Part shown: in pieces, positions 12,391 to 26,481 of the stretch
How the letters are laid out: each line of letters begins with the position of its first letter
Numbering within the stretch: the stretch's first letter is position 1
Origin: Aplysia californica
Taxonomy: Eukaryota
Direction: 5' to 3'
DNA length: 64,000 bases
Assembly: GCF_000002075.1 (NCBI RefSeq)
Contig: NW_004798385.1
Coordinates: 71,624 to 135,623, forward strand
Made by a program: the position numbers and the translations under genes
Notes under the pieces: generated by a model
The model's input: the letters and a program-made list of their open reading frames with translations, nothing else
The model's database searches: none
What the model was told of the DNA's origin: nothing

Positions 12391-14180
12391 TTTGTTGAAT
12401 CTTGATCATCTTGATCTAGCTTGTGTGTGTTTTTGTTTGTGTTTGTTGTATTGAAGTGCTTTTCATCGTCAATTTGACCTACCTCACTGCTTGCATCCAA
12501 ATGTGCCCACTTCAGCGTTTTCAATGCCTCGTTTTTCCTGTTTTGGGAGGAACAATGCAATCGGTTTTTTTGTGTGTTTTTTTTAAATAAGTTGTGTTGT
12601 TATTGGAAGTTTCTGGAAGCAATCTGAGGTTTGAGTTACACAAACATAGCTGCCAACCGATATGTTAAAAAAAACACATTTTAAATACTTTTTTAGGGGT
12701 CTGAGTTTGTAAGTGCATTATTGTGTTGAAAAATATGTGTTCTCTGTTTTCTATCAGTACTCCTCGTGGACTTTCCAATGCTACAGAAAAATTGTGTGCT
12801 TTTGAAATGGGGTGGTATGAGAATTATAATTAGAACGAAGCCCATACATCAATTGGAGAGACCTTTACTAATCATTTCTGACATGTGTGAAGAGTTCTGA
12901 AACTGAAAGGGTTACTTGGCCAATGCACACCATCTTGACTTTCTGTTTATGAGTAGTGAAGAGTTTTTGGGGTTTGTTTGGGGGGAAGGGGGGGGGGTGT
13001 TCAAAACAGTTGGCAGCTAGTTTTTGTTTGTGTTTTAAATGCGGAAGTTTATGGAGGCAACCTGAGATTTCTACTTCACACACGTTTTTGTTTGTTTTTG
13101 TTGTAACTGTAAAAGTTTCTGGAAGCAATCTGAGATTTCTGCTTCACAAAGTTTTTGTTTCATGGTGGCCTTTTTTCTATTGATTTGTTAATGTGTGCCT
13201 TTGGACCTACACTTGCTGGTTTCTTTCTGTCTGTTCAAAATAAATTCTAAGTTTTTTTCAAAATTACAAATATAAAACATTAGCTCAGGACTCTAAATTT
13301 GATAAAAATGCATTTGGTACATTTTTTTTAGAGGTTGGGAACATGTGTTGCCTTTCAGTCTGGTCACCACATTAAGAACAAATTTAGATCACAAATCAGT
13401 GTACAAAAGACAGTGTCCAGAGTTTTCTATGTGTTCATGTGTACGACACATACATGTGTGCGTGTGTTCCTGTTGTATTGTAACCTGAGGCTGTGTGTAT
13501 ATATTCCCTGAGGTCTCTGTTCTCCAAAACGGAAACCACTGGTAGGTCCGAATTTCTTGTTGCTTCTTTCTGTCTGTCATGCTTTTCCCAACTGTGAACG
13601 TCATGTTATTGTGTCGATGTGCTTCTCTTTATGAACACATAAAACCAAACCACCCATTGTTTTTGTCCATACTGGAGGGCATAGAACCCGTCACCCCCAT
13701 ATATAGGGTTATTACGTATGTGACTTTTAAATAAATTGGATGTATCAGAGTTTTTCTACCCCCCTCGGGGCAGTGCCACTGAGTGTAGTTCTTTAGCCTA
13801 AAGTTTAGGCCATTCCCAAAGGGGGGACATTTCTCGTTCAAGCATAGTAGAATTGTAAATGGGCTGACTCATGTCACGCTCATAACTGTGCCTGATCTAC
13901 AACAGGGAACTGCTGCTTTTTCTTTCCTGATCCTTACTATTGCCATTTTCCTCTACTTCTTTTGTATGTTTGTCACTCTCTTGTGACCTGCTATTTTGGG
14001 GTGCCTTGATAGTCGAAGCAGACCTTGTGCTGTTGAAGCTAGAGAGGTGAGCAGTCTGTCTGATTCCCTGTAAAGACTTCTCTGTTGACACCCACCCCAT
14101 GGCGCTCATATGACCTTTGTGCAGTTGCGAGGGCCATAAAACCCTCTACTATAAATTTTTTTAAATAAGAGTTTTTCTGT

Positions 14181-14360
14181 GGGGTGATTGGCGGGTGCTC
14201 TGGTGTGGTTTTTGCTCCTTCTTTCCTATCAAACAACTTTCGTCTTTATCTCCCCTCCTTCTTTTTTGTGATTGTTACTCTCTTGTAACACCTCTAATCT
14301 TCGGCACTTATATGACCTTATTGGGTTGCAAGTGCCATAAGATGCTTACTAAAACTAAAA
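14181..14360 (+). mobile_element. ~180-bp headless retroposon copy (GGCACTT subtype)
   Basis: Matches the family consensus. Confidence 0.85.
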
Positions 14361-15444
14361 GAGTTTTTGTGTGGTTAACCCGGGGGGAGGGGGGAAGGTG
14401 GGTGGACTTTTTTTGTCTTCCACCCAATGCTTTTTGTAAATATGTGTGTATGCCGACATTGATTTCTGGAATGTGCTGCTGCTGCTGTTTGTCTAGAGCT
14501 CCACGTTTGTGACATAAGTTTTGACTATTTTTGCCACTGCATTTTCCAATTGTTACATAGGCTAACAAATTGTTGATTCTTGTCATTTGGTACAGTTTGA
14601 ATGTGTGATGTATATGGTATGATCAGATTGTGAGGTTTGTATTGTGTATATGGTATGGTCAGATTGTGAGGTTTATAGTATGTATGTATGTGATATAGTT
14701 GGATTATGAGGTTTTTACATACATGTAGCATGTGTGTTGGTCAGTTTGTAGGTTTCCCTGTGGTAGTTTATGACATTTTGGTCGGTGTGTGAGGTTCATG
14801 AATCATTAATCATTAATCATTAATCAATACAACTGAAAGGAAACAACGTGAAACAAGTCTGTTCTGTTGTCTGAGTTTGGTTGTTCGCTCGTTACATTTT
14901 CATAAATGCTTGGGGTTAGCTGTGAGCTCAGTTTCTGGGATATGGTGCAGATGACCGGTGTTCAAATCCCTAGTGGGGGCATTCTTGAAGAGCAGGATTC
15001 TTAAAAGCTTTCCACCAACTTGGCTTAAATTTTCAAGTTTCTTGAGATTATGGATAAGAAGGGGAATATGTGGAATAAGGGAAGTGACCCTGTAAAAAAA
15101 TCTGGGGTCGTGAGTGTTTTTTAGATGTAGTCAGCAAGTCCACTGAGACATTACACAGTTGTCCTGGCTAACCAGCTTAACTGAAATTAGTGCTGACAGG
15201 AGTAACGCACATTCCCTGGCAACAAAGGGGTTACATTTGGAGGTCCGTACTCTTAAATACCTTTACTGTGTTGATGAGAGTGTCAGACACAAACAGTGAC
15301 CTTTGTTGTTAGAAATACTACTTAAGGGGGGGGGGGGGTTGTTGCTAGTGGTTTTGTTGCTTCTCCTGCATCAAAAGGATGATAAAAGTGACATGGGAAT
15401 AGATTGCATTTTAGTGCTCTATCCAATAGAAGTATAACTAGTAG

Positions 15445-15780
15445 TAGGCTCCGAGCTTGAGGTATATTTCAGTGTTCTGTCCCATAGAAGGATAACTAAT
15501 ACGGGCTCTCTAAGCTTGAGATATATTTTAATGCTTAGTCCTGTTGAAGAATAACTTGTGATGTGTAGGCTCTGAGCTTGAGATATATCGGGGCTGGAAA
15601 TCTTATCTGCTTTTTTGTGGCTCAACAAATGATGACCCAATTTGGGGATTTAATTTTCTATATAGGGCTCAAATGGTGGTCCAACTTTGTGGTTTCTTTG
15701 TTTTTACGGGTTTCAAACAGTGGCCTAATTTGGGGATTTCGTTTTGTAGGGCTCAAACAATGGCCCAAGTTTGGGATTCC
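15445..15780 (+). repeat. Two adjacent degenerate tandem repeats (~60 bp x3; ~42 bp x4)
   Basis: GGCTC..AGCTTGAGATATAT recurs three times, then GGCTCAAA..TGGCCCAA.TTGGGGATT recurs four times. Confidence 0.6.
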
Positions 15781-16270
15781 TTCCGCTCTGGTGTGGCAGC
15801 GACAGTTGTGAGAGACCACAGGTACCAGCTGAGCTGTTCGTGACGCCAGGTTCTTTGTTAGAGTGAAGAAATAAGACGTGGTGCCCATCATCGCCCTGAC
15901 ACTGAGAGTTGTCACAAACTTGGGTTTCCCAAACTGTGCTGACTTGTTGAATGGGGTGAAATTCTTTATAATTTATTGAAACTGCAGCCACCGTTTTTCC
16001 ACAAAGAATTATAATATTTCTGCTTGATATGTTGTTTTCTTTTCTCTTTGAGCCGCTGGGACTCCGATGTATGAGCGAGCAAAAAAGTAACCAAGAGTTG
16101 TCAACTTCGTGTTGTTAGATCAAATGTTTTAGACAAGAACAACCATATTGTTACCCCTGACTATTCCTGTGATGAGGTTTGAGACAAATGCTGTGTTTGA
16201 GTATAGAAATGAACTCCGCTGTGTATACGTAGAATCTTGTCTATAAACAAACAACTTCAAGTCTTATTAA

Positions 16271-16276
16271 AAATAA
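16271..16276 (+). terminator. Candidate distal BMPR1 polyadenylation signal
   Basis: ATTAAAAATAAA followed by TG/T-rich sequence, near where the T-rich + strand bias ends. Other AATAAA sites exist (e.g. 9819, 13239). Confidence 0.3.
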
Positions 16277-19200
16277 ATATTGTTTCTGCCTGATCTGTTT
16301 TTACCGGTAGTTACTCATGTGTTGTTGCCTATTATGTGCTTCCTAGTGTGTCAGAGAGAGAAAGCCCCATTGTTTTAATTAAATAGTGTCAAAAAAGCGT
16401 ATTTCCCAAAAGTGAGACATGGAAAAAACAGCTGATGATAAGGGTCAGAATCTGTTTATTGTTGAAGGAAAAAAAACTAAATCAAAGAAGCAGAAATCTG
16501 AAACCTACTAATTACAGCACATTTTGTGATTAAAAAATTTTACAACGGTGAAGGTGAAAGATTGCGCTCAGGATGCGAAGTGAGCAGTGATGGGGGGAGA
16601 TTGGATCTTGCCTACGGGAGGTGGGCTATTTTGTCATACATAAAGGACCTCTACTTCGTGTGTATTGTACTTGTGCGTGCTTGCGTGCGTTCCAGGGTTA
16701 CATCCGGTGATGTTCTCTTTTTGTCGGTTATGTTGATGTGGGTGATTTTTTAAATTATTTTTTTTTACGTTGAAACCATCAGAATAATAAATGTGATGAG
16801 GAAGCCAAGCTGGCTGTATCCAGTACGTTCGTGTATTGTACATAATTTCTTTCCTCGGATAATTTCAGTCTGTAGTCTTCCATCTTCTTCGAACTGTCCG
16901 AACAGAACTGGGTGATATTTGTATTTCCCAATGTGTAACATCATTGAGAGACTTGAGAGGTTCTGTAAATAACGATCATGACTTGTCTCAAAAACTAGCG
17001 CAGTGAAATGGTCACACGGTCTAGCTACTTGCACGAGGTGGTGCAACTTTAAGTCTGATCATAAAATTAACATTAATTATTTCCATCTGTCATGTATGTA
17101 TGAAGGTCTGCTGTGTTCTGTCACATAATTGATACATTGTGTGACTCAGTGGTCGCTCTGTTTTTATCACAAATGACACATTGTGTTGTTGCATACATGA
17201 ATACTGTGTCCTGCTCAGTGTGTTGGAATGCAGTGTGTTTAGCATGTGTGTTGGTTCCATATCTGAATGCATGTGATCTTATTCTTATGGTCTGAATGCC
17301 ATAAATAACCCAACACCCCCCCCCTCTCATCATATTTTTCCCCGATCCGGTGTCTGTAGTTGGAAGAGAGCGTGGTGTGAATGAATGATACGAACATGAT
17401 ACCTAATATATTTTTTCTGATCTGATACGCCACGGTGTTAAGAGACCTGTGCAGCATTGTTCATTTACACACATAGTAACCCTGACGGAAATTTCGTCTC
17501 ATTTTTGTTGTATGAATTCATTTTCAAACCACAAACTTTTAAGATATGTTTACACATTGTTTTAGCCTTTTAGTACCTTTTGATAATGCTGGGATTTTTA
17601 AGTATGAAAGACTTACCGCAACATTGTGTCCTTAGCCAGTAGTAGTATGTCGACCTAGTTTTGTGTAAAATCTGTGTCCTCAATGTTCTTACACAGACTA
17701 GTAGTTCATGTGCAAACAATAATTTTAGACTCACAAATAAACCACCCTTGTCCCCACCCCCAATCACAGTAATAACGACTCACATATGTACACAACACTG
17801 GCACACTTTATACACATTGACTAGCTCTATGTGGTTCCTCATACCATACATCATGTATACTTATGTCATATGGACTTCATTGAAGAATAAACCAATTACA
17901 TACAGTGATTTCTGAAGTTTATTCATTTTCTTTACCGTGACTTAAAATGCTTTAGTTTGTGCATATAGCCATTACTGTGACCATTCTAGTTTGTTCATTT
18001 CCTTTACTGTGGCTACTCTCAATAGTTTGCTCAATTTGCTCAATTCCTTTAAAGTTAAAGTGATCGTTTTAGTTTATTCAATTTTTTAAACTTCCCTTCC
18101 CATTTTGACCTCCGATGGGTGTTTGGCGGGGTGCTCTGGTGTGATTTGCTCCTCCTTTCCTATTAAACACCTGTCATCCTCATCTCCCCTTCTTCTTTTT
18201 TGTGTTTCTTACTCTTTTGTAACAACTGTAATCTTTGGCAACAATGACCTCATTGTGTAGCAAGTGACGTAAAAGACTTACTAAAACAGTTTGACCTCCC
18301 GAACAAGGCAAGATCTGGAAGCGTGCTCTGTGTTTTTGGTAGGCACTATTCCCGACAGATGCCTCACTCATGCCATCCAAGCTGGAAGAACAGCACACAC
18401 ACACATCTATTGTCAAGTTTCACAACTTTATTCTAGGTAAAAACAACATCCCGTTCTCCCTCCCCTCAGACAAAAATATAAAAAAATATGATGAAACAGT
18501 AACAGTACTAGCAATAAAATACACAATACATATTCTCATTCAAATTGTGAGGACAACATGATACATCTACTCCTTACAGATTGTGACGAAAAATACCGAT
18601 GGTGTGTTCAAACCGCGAAAAAAAAAATTGTCTTCTGATTTAAATGGATAGGGGAGACGAGAGTTGGCCCAGAGTACTAGTAGTGCTTGTGGTCAGTAAA
18701 GGCATCAGAAACACATGGCCACTCACTGTTGTACTTGTCCTCTACAAATGTAACTTAGTATAAGCAAAGTGAGGGGGTGGACACGAGTCTACCCATTTTG
18801 CTTTACGGGAAATCCCAGCCAAACCCTCAAAAACTTTCATCCAACATTCTCAACCTGAAACCCCAAAAAATATATACAGCAGAGCAATCCAAGCTTAAAT
18901 ACACACAACTCAAAAACAATTCCACGCTCGTGTAAAAAATTTGCATCATAATTTCCTGACTATAAATATTTATGTGCATATTCTGTGTATTTCTCATTTC
19001 ATGCAAAATCTGAACCAGCGGTGGTTTGAGAAAAGAGACTGACCTTGACCTATGTGTCTCAAAAGACACAACTATGATGAGCCAAGGCTTTGCGGTAAAA
19101 ATCAACAGAATTCAGTTGCTATGGGCACTATATCAGAGCAAGGTGTATTAATATCTGTACTTAAATCATCACAAACTAAAACCAATAAATATTTACAGAG

Positions 19201-19502
19201 CATTCTCACCGAGTTTAAGTCATCTGTGCTATACAATACAAACACCTCCAGAAATAAAACTAAAAAATTAATTTTCAGCAAGTTATATAAAAACAGCACC
19301 ACAACAAGACATTCATAACAAAAACAACATGTATGTCCCAGAAAGACATATTTATAGCAACAACTTTACATATCACAAGTCAGAAAGAAAAGACAAGATT
19401 GGGACATAGGCTACTGTCACCAGCGTTAGTTTTAAGAGAGTCATCAATCAGCATGTTGATTATCAGAAGTTGGCAGTTTTATACTTTGAGTATAATCATG
19501 TG

Positions 19503-19845
19503 CAGGACTTTGTGACAAAATGGGTTATCTCCAACATTTGACCATTCGCTTTTTCCCCTTTTGATCACTAACAGTAACACTAACGGAATCTTTAATCTTT
19601 CTTGCTTCAAAATACAGTTCAGCCTTCTCTAATGGCCACCTGTCTAAGACAATTACCTGTAAGCTACAAATAACCACTTTTATCCTTGACAATGGGTGGC
19701 CATTTTGGACAAGTTCAACTAATCTTGTCAACAACCAAAAAATGCGTAGTCATCAAAGATTTTCTACTGCTTTTGATTCAGTTTGATTCAATAAACCAAA
19801 TCACCAGTTTCTTCAGTGTTTTTCACTTTTTGTCACAAAGTCCTT
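19503..19845. mobile_element. MITE
   Basis: 17-bp inverted repeat AGGACTTTGTGACAAAA...TTTTGTCACAAAGTCCT; no clear TSD. Confidence 0.6.
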
Positions 19846-21260
19846 GGTGAGCACATCACAGAGTGAGGACCCGTGAACTGATCACAGGACGAGAGATTCA
19901 ACTCATTTCACATTTTGTTTTTGCTGAAGTCAGCAATAATACTGCAGGTTAAAACATTCTGTGAACATAGATCTATGCACACTCATCCGATCATACTGAC
20001 AACGAGAGTGATAACATTGATATGGCAAAACAAAACAAAAAAGTTTCATAATTAACAAAGCAAGTGTAGCTAACTAGAAAAACAACATTAAAACATTTAT
20101 ACACGTCCATCCTCTCCAGCATCGGTTTTACACCCCCATCCATACAATTAAGATAATTTGGGAGACAGGCTGCTACACCCCTGATTGTACAACTCACATT
20201 AGAAGTACAGGCTGCAAACATAAGCCGCAGAACAGGAAAAGTTTAAGTAACCCCCTCTGACCAATTTCGGTCCAGGTGGAAAAACTTTTTTAAAAGACTA
20301 CATAATCACCGGGAATGTGGATCTACCTACATGCATTCATAAGTTCTTCTATCCTCTTTCAATCTTTTTCACCTATTTCCTCACAACACTTTAAATAATA
20401 AATTTGTTACAGACAGTGTTACAACTAATGATGGGTGGCACTGGCAAATAAATAGAGCACTGGTATTTTAGTAGGCTACAACTGGCGCTAAACTTCATTT
20501 ACTGCCAGTACCAGTACTGGAGATAGATGATGTCAGACGCTCTGCGTGCTGTGTGTCACCCATCTCTCCCCTTTTGTCCATCAGTTCTCCCTTCCCCCCC
20601 CCCCCCCCAACCCGGTACTCAAGGCTTTGTGCCAATACTGAGTCTGCCTACCATAAAACCTATGATGGGTAACAGTTTCTGCCCATCTCATCCATGGTTC
20701 AGACTCTCTCTCTCTCTGTTTTGTGTGTGGGTCTCTCTCTCGCTCTCTCTCACTCTCCCTCTCTCTCTTTCATACACACACGCACACATAAGATGCACAC
20801 AATTTTTTTTAAGTAAAACTAAATCAAACCAATATAACAAGTACAAGCAAACAAAATACACAACATTAAACTCACTGAAAACATCCAAGAAAAGGCAACA
20901 AAAAGATCTATGAGCATTGTATCAAAATAAATAGCAACAACAAACATTTCTAGAGGACAGAACCTTCCAACAAAACTACACACCATGTGAGGTGGTCTGA
21001 CAAAATGAGTTACTTCTCACAATCCACTAAAAATGAAGTCATCAGCCCAGGGGTCCAATTTGTAGATTTTCAACTGATACAATTTTCTTCAAGTTTAACA
21101 TGTTTTTTTATCAATTGTTACTAATACACAGTACAATCTCCACCTATAAACTTGGCGTATCTATCTGTGTCCAAAGTGCAAAAACTGGAGAAGAAACAAC
21201 TCAGTCTGTCAGCTCACCTCACAAACTGTCGCTGTGGCAAGAAAAGCAAAAACCTCAAAT

Positions 21261-21591
21261 CAGGGTTCATACTGAACTGTCGATTTTTTTCTCCAAGACT
21301 TCTACAGGAGTTTTCAAAACCAGATTTTTTTTTTCCAAGACAAATAACGGGCCATTTCGGAAGAAAAATGTTCTTTCGGCGTGCAAAAATATATTACAGT
21401 ACACTTCAGAATATATGTGAAGTCGAGGCCTTCTTAACTTCGAGGAAACATTTCTACAATAGATCTAGTTAAAAATTTGTTTTTCCAAGAATTTTGCCAA
21501 TTTCCCAAAGTTCCAAGAGTTTTCCACGTCTTGGAAAATAAAAACAAAATTCCAAGAGTTTTCCAGTTTTCCAAGACCTGTACGAACCCTG
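21261..21591. mobile_element. hAT-like MITE
   Basis: TIR CAGGGTTCATAC...GTACGAACCCTG; internal TTCCAAGA repeats; flanks TCAAAT/TCCAAT. Confidence 0.7.
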
Positions 21592-22168
21592 TCCAATGTT
21601 TTCTCCTGACCCAGTGCAGCAGGAGGCCAGGACGAGGGAAAGTGGAAAGTAAGTAAGTACCCGTGGCCAATATCCTGATCCAAGGGAAAATTTGGGGGGA
21701 GGTTGTTTTTTTATTTTGGTTTTGTTTTTTTCTTTTTACGTAAATGATTATAGGCCCCCATTGACAAATCCATGAAAAGATAAATGAACTTTGTGTGGTT
21801 TTTCAGCTTTCGCTCTATTCAGCAATCAGTGACATCCAGTTAATTTTTCCAGGCCAACACACATTTAGATGGCAGGCTTCTGACCCTGACAGCCAGGCTG
21901 AAAGGGATATATTATAACCTCCCAGCAGAAAGACCGAGCTACGAAATTAAAATTCCCTGCACTCAGGAATCGAAGTTGGGTCTCCTAGGTGCAACAACGA
22001 ATTGCCTCACCGCTACACCACAGAACACCGGTCTAACCCAGGATGAGAAAAGCGATGACGATGATGACAATGTAAAACAGCGCTACACAGGAAGCTTCTA
22101 ACATCTCTCTCGCGACAGCGACCATATTTACAGCCCTTTCTGATATAATATCATCTCTCAACGACGTG

Positions 22169-25100
22169 TCAGGAATTCTGACTGAGATGGTAACGTATAA
22201 GCGCGTTGCGGACCTGCTCGTACAGACAGAAGTTGAGGCCGGCGACGCTGGCAGACTTGAGGAGACTGGGGCTGAGCCCCTTGTACAGACCCCGCAGCCC
22301 TTCCTCCTTGACCACACAGACCAGACAGTTGATCATCCCGCTGTAGTGACGCACCGCACCAAACGGGCGGCGGGCTGCCTCAAAGCCCTGCACCTGCAGA
22401 CGTTTCTTGACCACGTCCAGTGGATAGACCAAAAGTTTGGAGCAAAATCCCGACCCCGTTCCGCATAGCAGACTTTCCAAGGACTCTGGGAGTGAAAAAG
22501 AAAAGGAATAAAAAATAAAAACAGCATTTAAATTTAACTAACTACAAAAAAAAGAGTTGAAAGGTCAATTTTTTACAGCAGAACATACCCCAGCACAGGG
22601 ATAACATTGAGGCACACCTGATTCAGCCTGCCTGACATAACAGTTTTCTGGGGTGTGGCCAGTGCACATAGGCCTACTCATCAAACATTTCAACTTCCAG
22701 TATATTAAGGGCCAAATACAGTGGAGTCTGCTTTAATCAAACACGGTGAATCCGGAACCAGCGATAAACCAAAAGAAGATCAAGGGGTTTTTTTCCTGTG
22801 CAGTTCGAACAATTTCTCTGAACTGAAAACATGGCTAACCCCCGAAAAAATCAAACGGTTTCACAGATTTCGTTTACGCTGACTCCACCGTAGTTTCAAC
22901 TCCAGTCTACCGTTACAGAGAACGTCCATGGATTGTCGAGTGGAAATGTCATAGAATGTTACGTAACACTATAAAAATATGGTTCACATTAACATAATTA
23001 AACACAAAATTTTTAGAAAACCTTTCTCGCTTTGAACGATAATACATGGGAAACTGATCTGCTTTATCCTGATTAATTGATTTGTAACAAGAAACTGATT
23101 AGTCTATCATGCGAATAGCAAAAACACACATAACGAACCACTCATATAGAGAACAGATTTTCAGGTCCAAAATTTTTTCCCGTAATGTGTATATTCTTTG
23201 TATATAAAAACCATGTAGATGTGTTGCAAACTTCCTCCATAACAAAAAGATTTCCGCATCCCACCGTTTCACTATGTGTGTGCTACACTAGCTTTTGCCC
23301 TTAACCCTATCCATACACCCAGGGGTCATTTTGTACCCCCGGGGTTGTATTCTTCACTTTTTCAGAATACTTCTAGTACGAAAATCTCTTTGAAATTTTC
23401 AGTATTTCTCAAAAAATCATTTTGACAGACTGCTATGCAAAGCGTACTGATTGGACTAACGAGTAAATTTCCTCTTTAGAAAGTGGTGGCACAGAGTTCC
23501 CCACGTTGTATGGATACGATATTAAAACACACCGTACGGATAAGGTTAACGTACCTGGTGGACTTCCACCCCACAGTCCCTTTGCCCTGTGCCACAGGTC
23601 GGTGAACAGCGAATACAGGCCGAACTGGAAGCCAATCTGCGGGCCGATGAGGGACATAGCCGGGACGAAGCCCCGGTAGAAACCCCGCACTCCCTCCGTC
23701 CTCACAATGACCCTAAACGCATCAGCAGCACTTTTGTACACCTAGAAGGACAGACGTTGGAAGACAACAGTTTAGTCACACAAGGCACAGAGAGAAACTA
23801 GAATGACAAAGAAGTATTCAATTCAGCATTCTTTCATCCTTTACAATAGCATAACATACAAACATAAATATACACATATATAATAATTCATCAGTGTTAC
23901 ATAACATACCCATGCCCAACTCACCTTTGGTTCTCCCTGAGCCACGAACCGGGTGCGAATCACATCCACCGGATGCACAAAGGCCATGGATAAGCATCCG
24001 CTAATGCCGCCACAGATGGTGTGGTTCACGGAGCGGTACCTCGTGCAGTACCAGGCTGGCAGGACATGCCAGCAACCTTCAGTGAGAACCTCAAAGGACG
24101 CATACTGGGGGTAAATAGTATTTTAGCCCATAAAAAAATATTTAAGAATCAGCACATGTCCAGACTCATGGTAAAAACGTTTTTCATTTTTCTTTCTTTC
24201 ACCAGTTTGCACATTTTCAAGCACCAGTACTAAATTACTGTAAAACTTGTCCATAGTGGTCACACAAGATTACAGAGAAAAGTAAGCATTATTGACAAGG
24301 TCTGAGCCATATGCATAAGTGCAAAAACAGGGTAAGTCACATTCTGAGAGATTCGCTTCTTCTTGTCGCTCTATAAAAACAAGAGCATAATTCTTCACAG
24401 TTCACACGTTGAAAATTACTTGCATGAAGACACTGGCATATGCCTTGAAGTTATTTACAACATTATCTTTATTCTTAATCATACGTCTACCACGAGACTG
24501 TCAAAGGACAAGTTCACACTCAGATCACTGCTTGCAAATCATAGAGATGAACAACGATGCTTTTTCCCCTTGACACTGTAAAGTAAAAATAGGCCCGAAA
24601 AGACAAAAAGTAAATACCTGTACTACACCATAGAGAATGGAGAGAACTTGTGCAGGGATGTGACCTTTCCACAAGGCCTTGACCCCTTCCTCCTTGACGA
24701 TACTGCTCACAGCCTGCGTGATTCCCTGGTACTTGGAACTTTGACTTTTCGTTAAAGGCTCAACCTGTAGCTGTGATTGACAAAAACGACGATCGGTTAC
24801 TTTTACGCATATATATATATAGATATGTTGTTACTTCTATTTCTACACCCATGTTGTTACTTATTAGGTTACTTTCATACCTATATGTTGTTACTTCTTA
24901 GGTTACTTTTACACAGATGTTGTTACTTATCAGATTATTTCTACACCTATGTTGTTGCTTACTTATTTCTACACTTAATAACGGAAACAAAACAAAATTT
25001 GTCTTTAAAACCTCCAGGCTGTAAAAATGAGCACATTTTGATTTTATAAATGACGCTCGTAGGCTGACTTGTTGACCAGGATCACAGATTAATCTCTGCG

Positions 25101-25470
25101 ACCACAATTGTGGATGGTTGGTGGGTGCTCTGGTGAGGTTTGCTTCTTCTTTCCTATGATCTATCGTCCTTATTTCCCCTTTTTCTTTTTTATGTTTGTT
25201 ACTCTCTTGTAACACCTCTAATCTTCTAACGCTCATATGACCTTATGCAGTTGCAAGCGCCGTAAAACCTATACTAAAACTAAAACACGACTGATACCCA
25301 TCACTGTTACCCTACATGACAATTGTCCCAGAATTTCTTACCTGAAATCTTATCTTGAGAACATCAAGGGGCTGACAGCCCGCCCGGGTCACTGCCCCAG
25401 TAACTGCCCCGGCTAGTGCATGCTCTGTGTGGGACAGCTGGACCTTCTCCAGTGGGTTGTAGCCCACCAT
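22169..25470 (-). CDS. SLC25A19: Mitochondrial thiamine pyrophosphate carrier (SLC25 family), 321 aa
   Basis: Exons 25470-25342, 24770-24618, 24104-23925, 23741-23555, 22485-22169 (966 nt). Starts MVGYNP; three carrier signatures [29 protein letters not shown]; family-typical [27 protein letters not shown] and [13 protein letters not shown]. An acceptor at 25502-25503 implies a non-coding exon further upstream. Confidence 0.95.
22719..22890. mobile_element. Tc1/mariner/pogo-like MITE
   Basis: TA|CAGTGGAGTC...GACTCCACCG|TA. Confidence 0.65.
23305..23545. mobile_element. piggyBac-like MITE (TTAA TSD)
   Basis: TTAA|CCCTATCCATAC...GTACGGATAAGG|TTAA; closely similar copy at 53903-54139. Confidence 0.88.
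24790..24980. repeat. Degenerate ~30-bp minisatellite in the first coding-region intron of SLC25A19
   Basis: TATGTTGTTACTT....TTACTTTTACACC recurs. Confidence 0.7.
25111..25285 (+). mobile_element. ~180-bp headless retroposon copy, antisense to SLC25A19
   Basis: Matches the family consensus. Confidence 0.85.
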
Positions 25471-25798
25471 AGTACAACACAACACTCACCAGGCACATTC
25501 ACTGAAATGTTACACAAGAATAAAGAAAAGTTTGGCATATAAAAAGACACAATATTCCTTTAACACTTTGCCGCCTCATCTCGCTAATTGGCGATGTTTA
25601 CCACCCAGTTTCTTTGGATTTTCCCCAAAATATGATGGCAAAGTGTTAATACCAGTCTCTTTTTTAGTGAGGCAATCAAAGATATACGCCATATTTGAAA
25701 ACAAAACTAATCAAAGATTCTAGAAGTAAAAAATGAATCATTGTAACAGTTTAACTGTCAACATTTTTTTGGAACACTACATTCTTAGTCAACTTTAA

Positions 25799-26247
25799 CC
25801 CCTTGACTGCTATATTCTATATCACCCCACATGCTAAGAAAAATTCTTTATGCGCAGATGTCACAGGTAATAATCTGTAATCGACTTGTGTTTGCTTATT
25901 ATACAGATTGGTAAAACTTATTCCAAGAGAAAGAGAAATAAATATGATTTCATCCATTGACAAGACCTGCATGCATAGAACAAGCCATAACAACGTACAC
26001 AACTTAAAAGTAGTACTAAGACTGAACATGCACTCCGGTTCTACACACTGGTTCTGTCCACGCAGTGTGTTTGAAAAAGAAATACACTTTGCTTTGTTTT
26101 ATCGGTAGTAAAGCTTCAAAACTGAGTAGTAGCTGAGATATCAATTAAACAAAACGCAAGTTTCAGTCGCTGTATGGGATTTTACAGAGCTCTGGGCAGA
26201 GGAGTATCAAGACGCATGAAATTTATGTCAACAGCACAGTCAAGGTG
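25799..26247. mobile_element. Different piggyBac-like MITE
   Basis: TTAA|CCCCTTGACTG...CAGTCAAGGTG|TTAA. Confidence 0.6.
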
Positions 26248-26481
26248 TTAATTAGGTGTTGTTACATCCCCATTCAATTGACACTATTATTTAGATCACT
26301 TTACTTAAGAGGCAGGTATCGACTCAGCATGTTAGCATGGATAACCAGGCCTGAGCTAAACCTAGCCCACTATTTAAACTACCTTCCAACTCTGACACCA
26401 GCCCTGCACCCCTAAAATCAAAATTTAGAAGTAAATGGGGCCAAAACCGGAGATTGCCCATGACTATACTACACTAGAAAC

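Noticed and set aside
22033-22468. ORFs 22166-22468 (+), 22033-22317 (-) and similar ORFs overlapping POLDIP3 exon 52195-52812 and the BMPR1 exons
   Set aside because: Antisense or off-frame shadows of GC-rich real exons.
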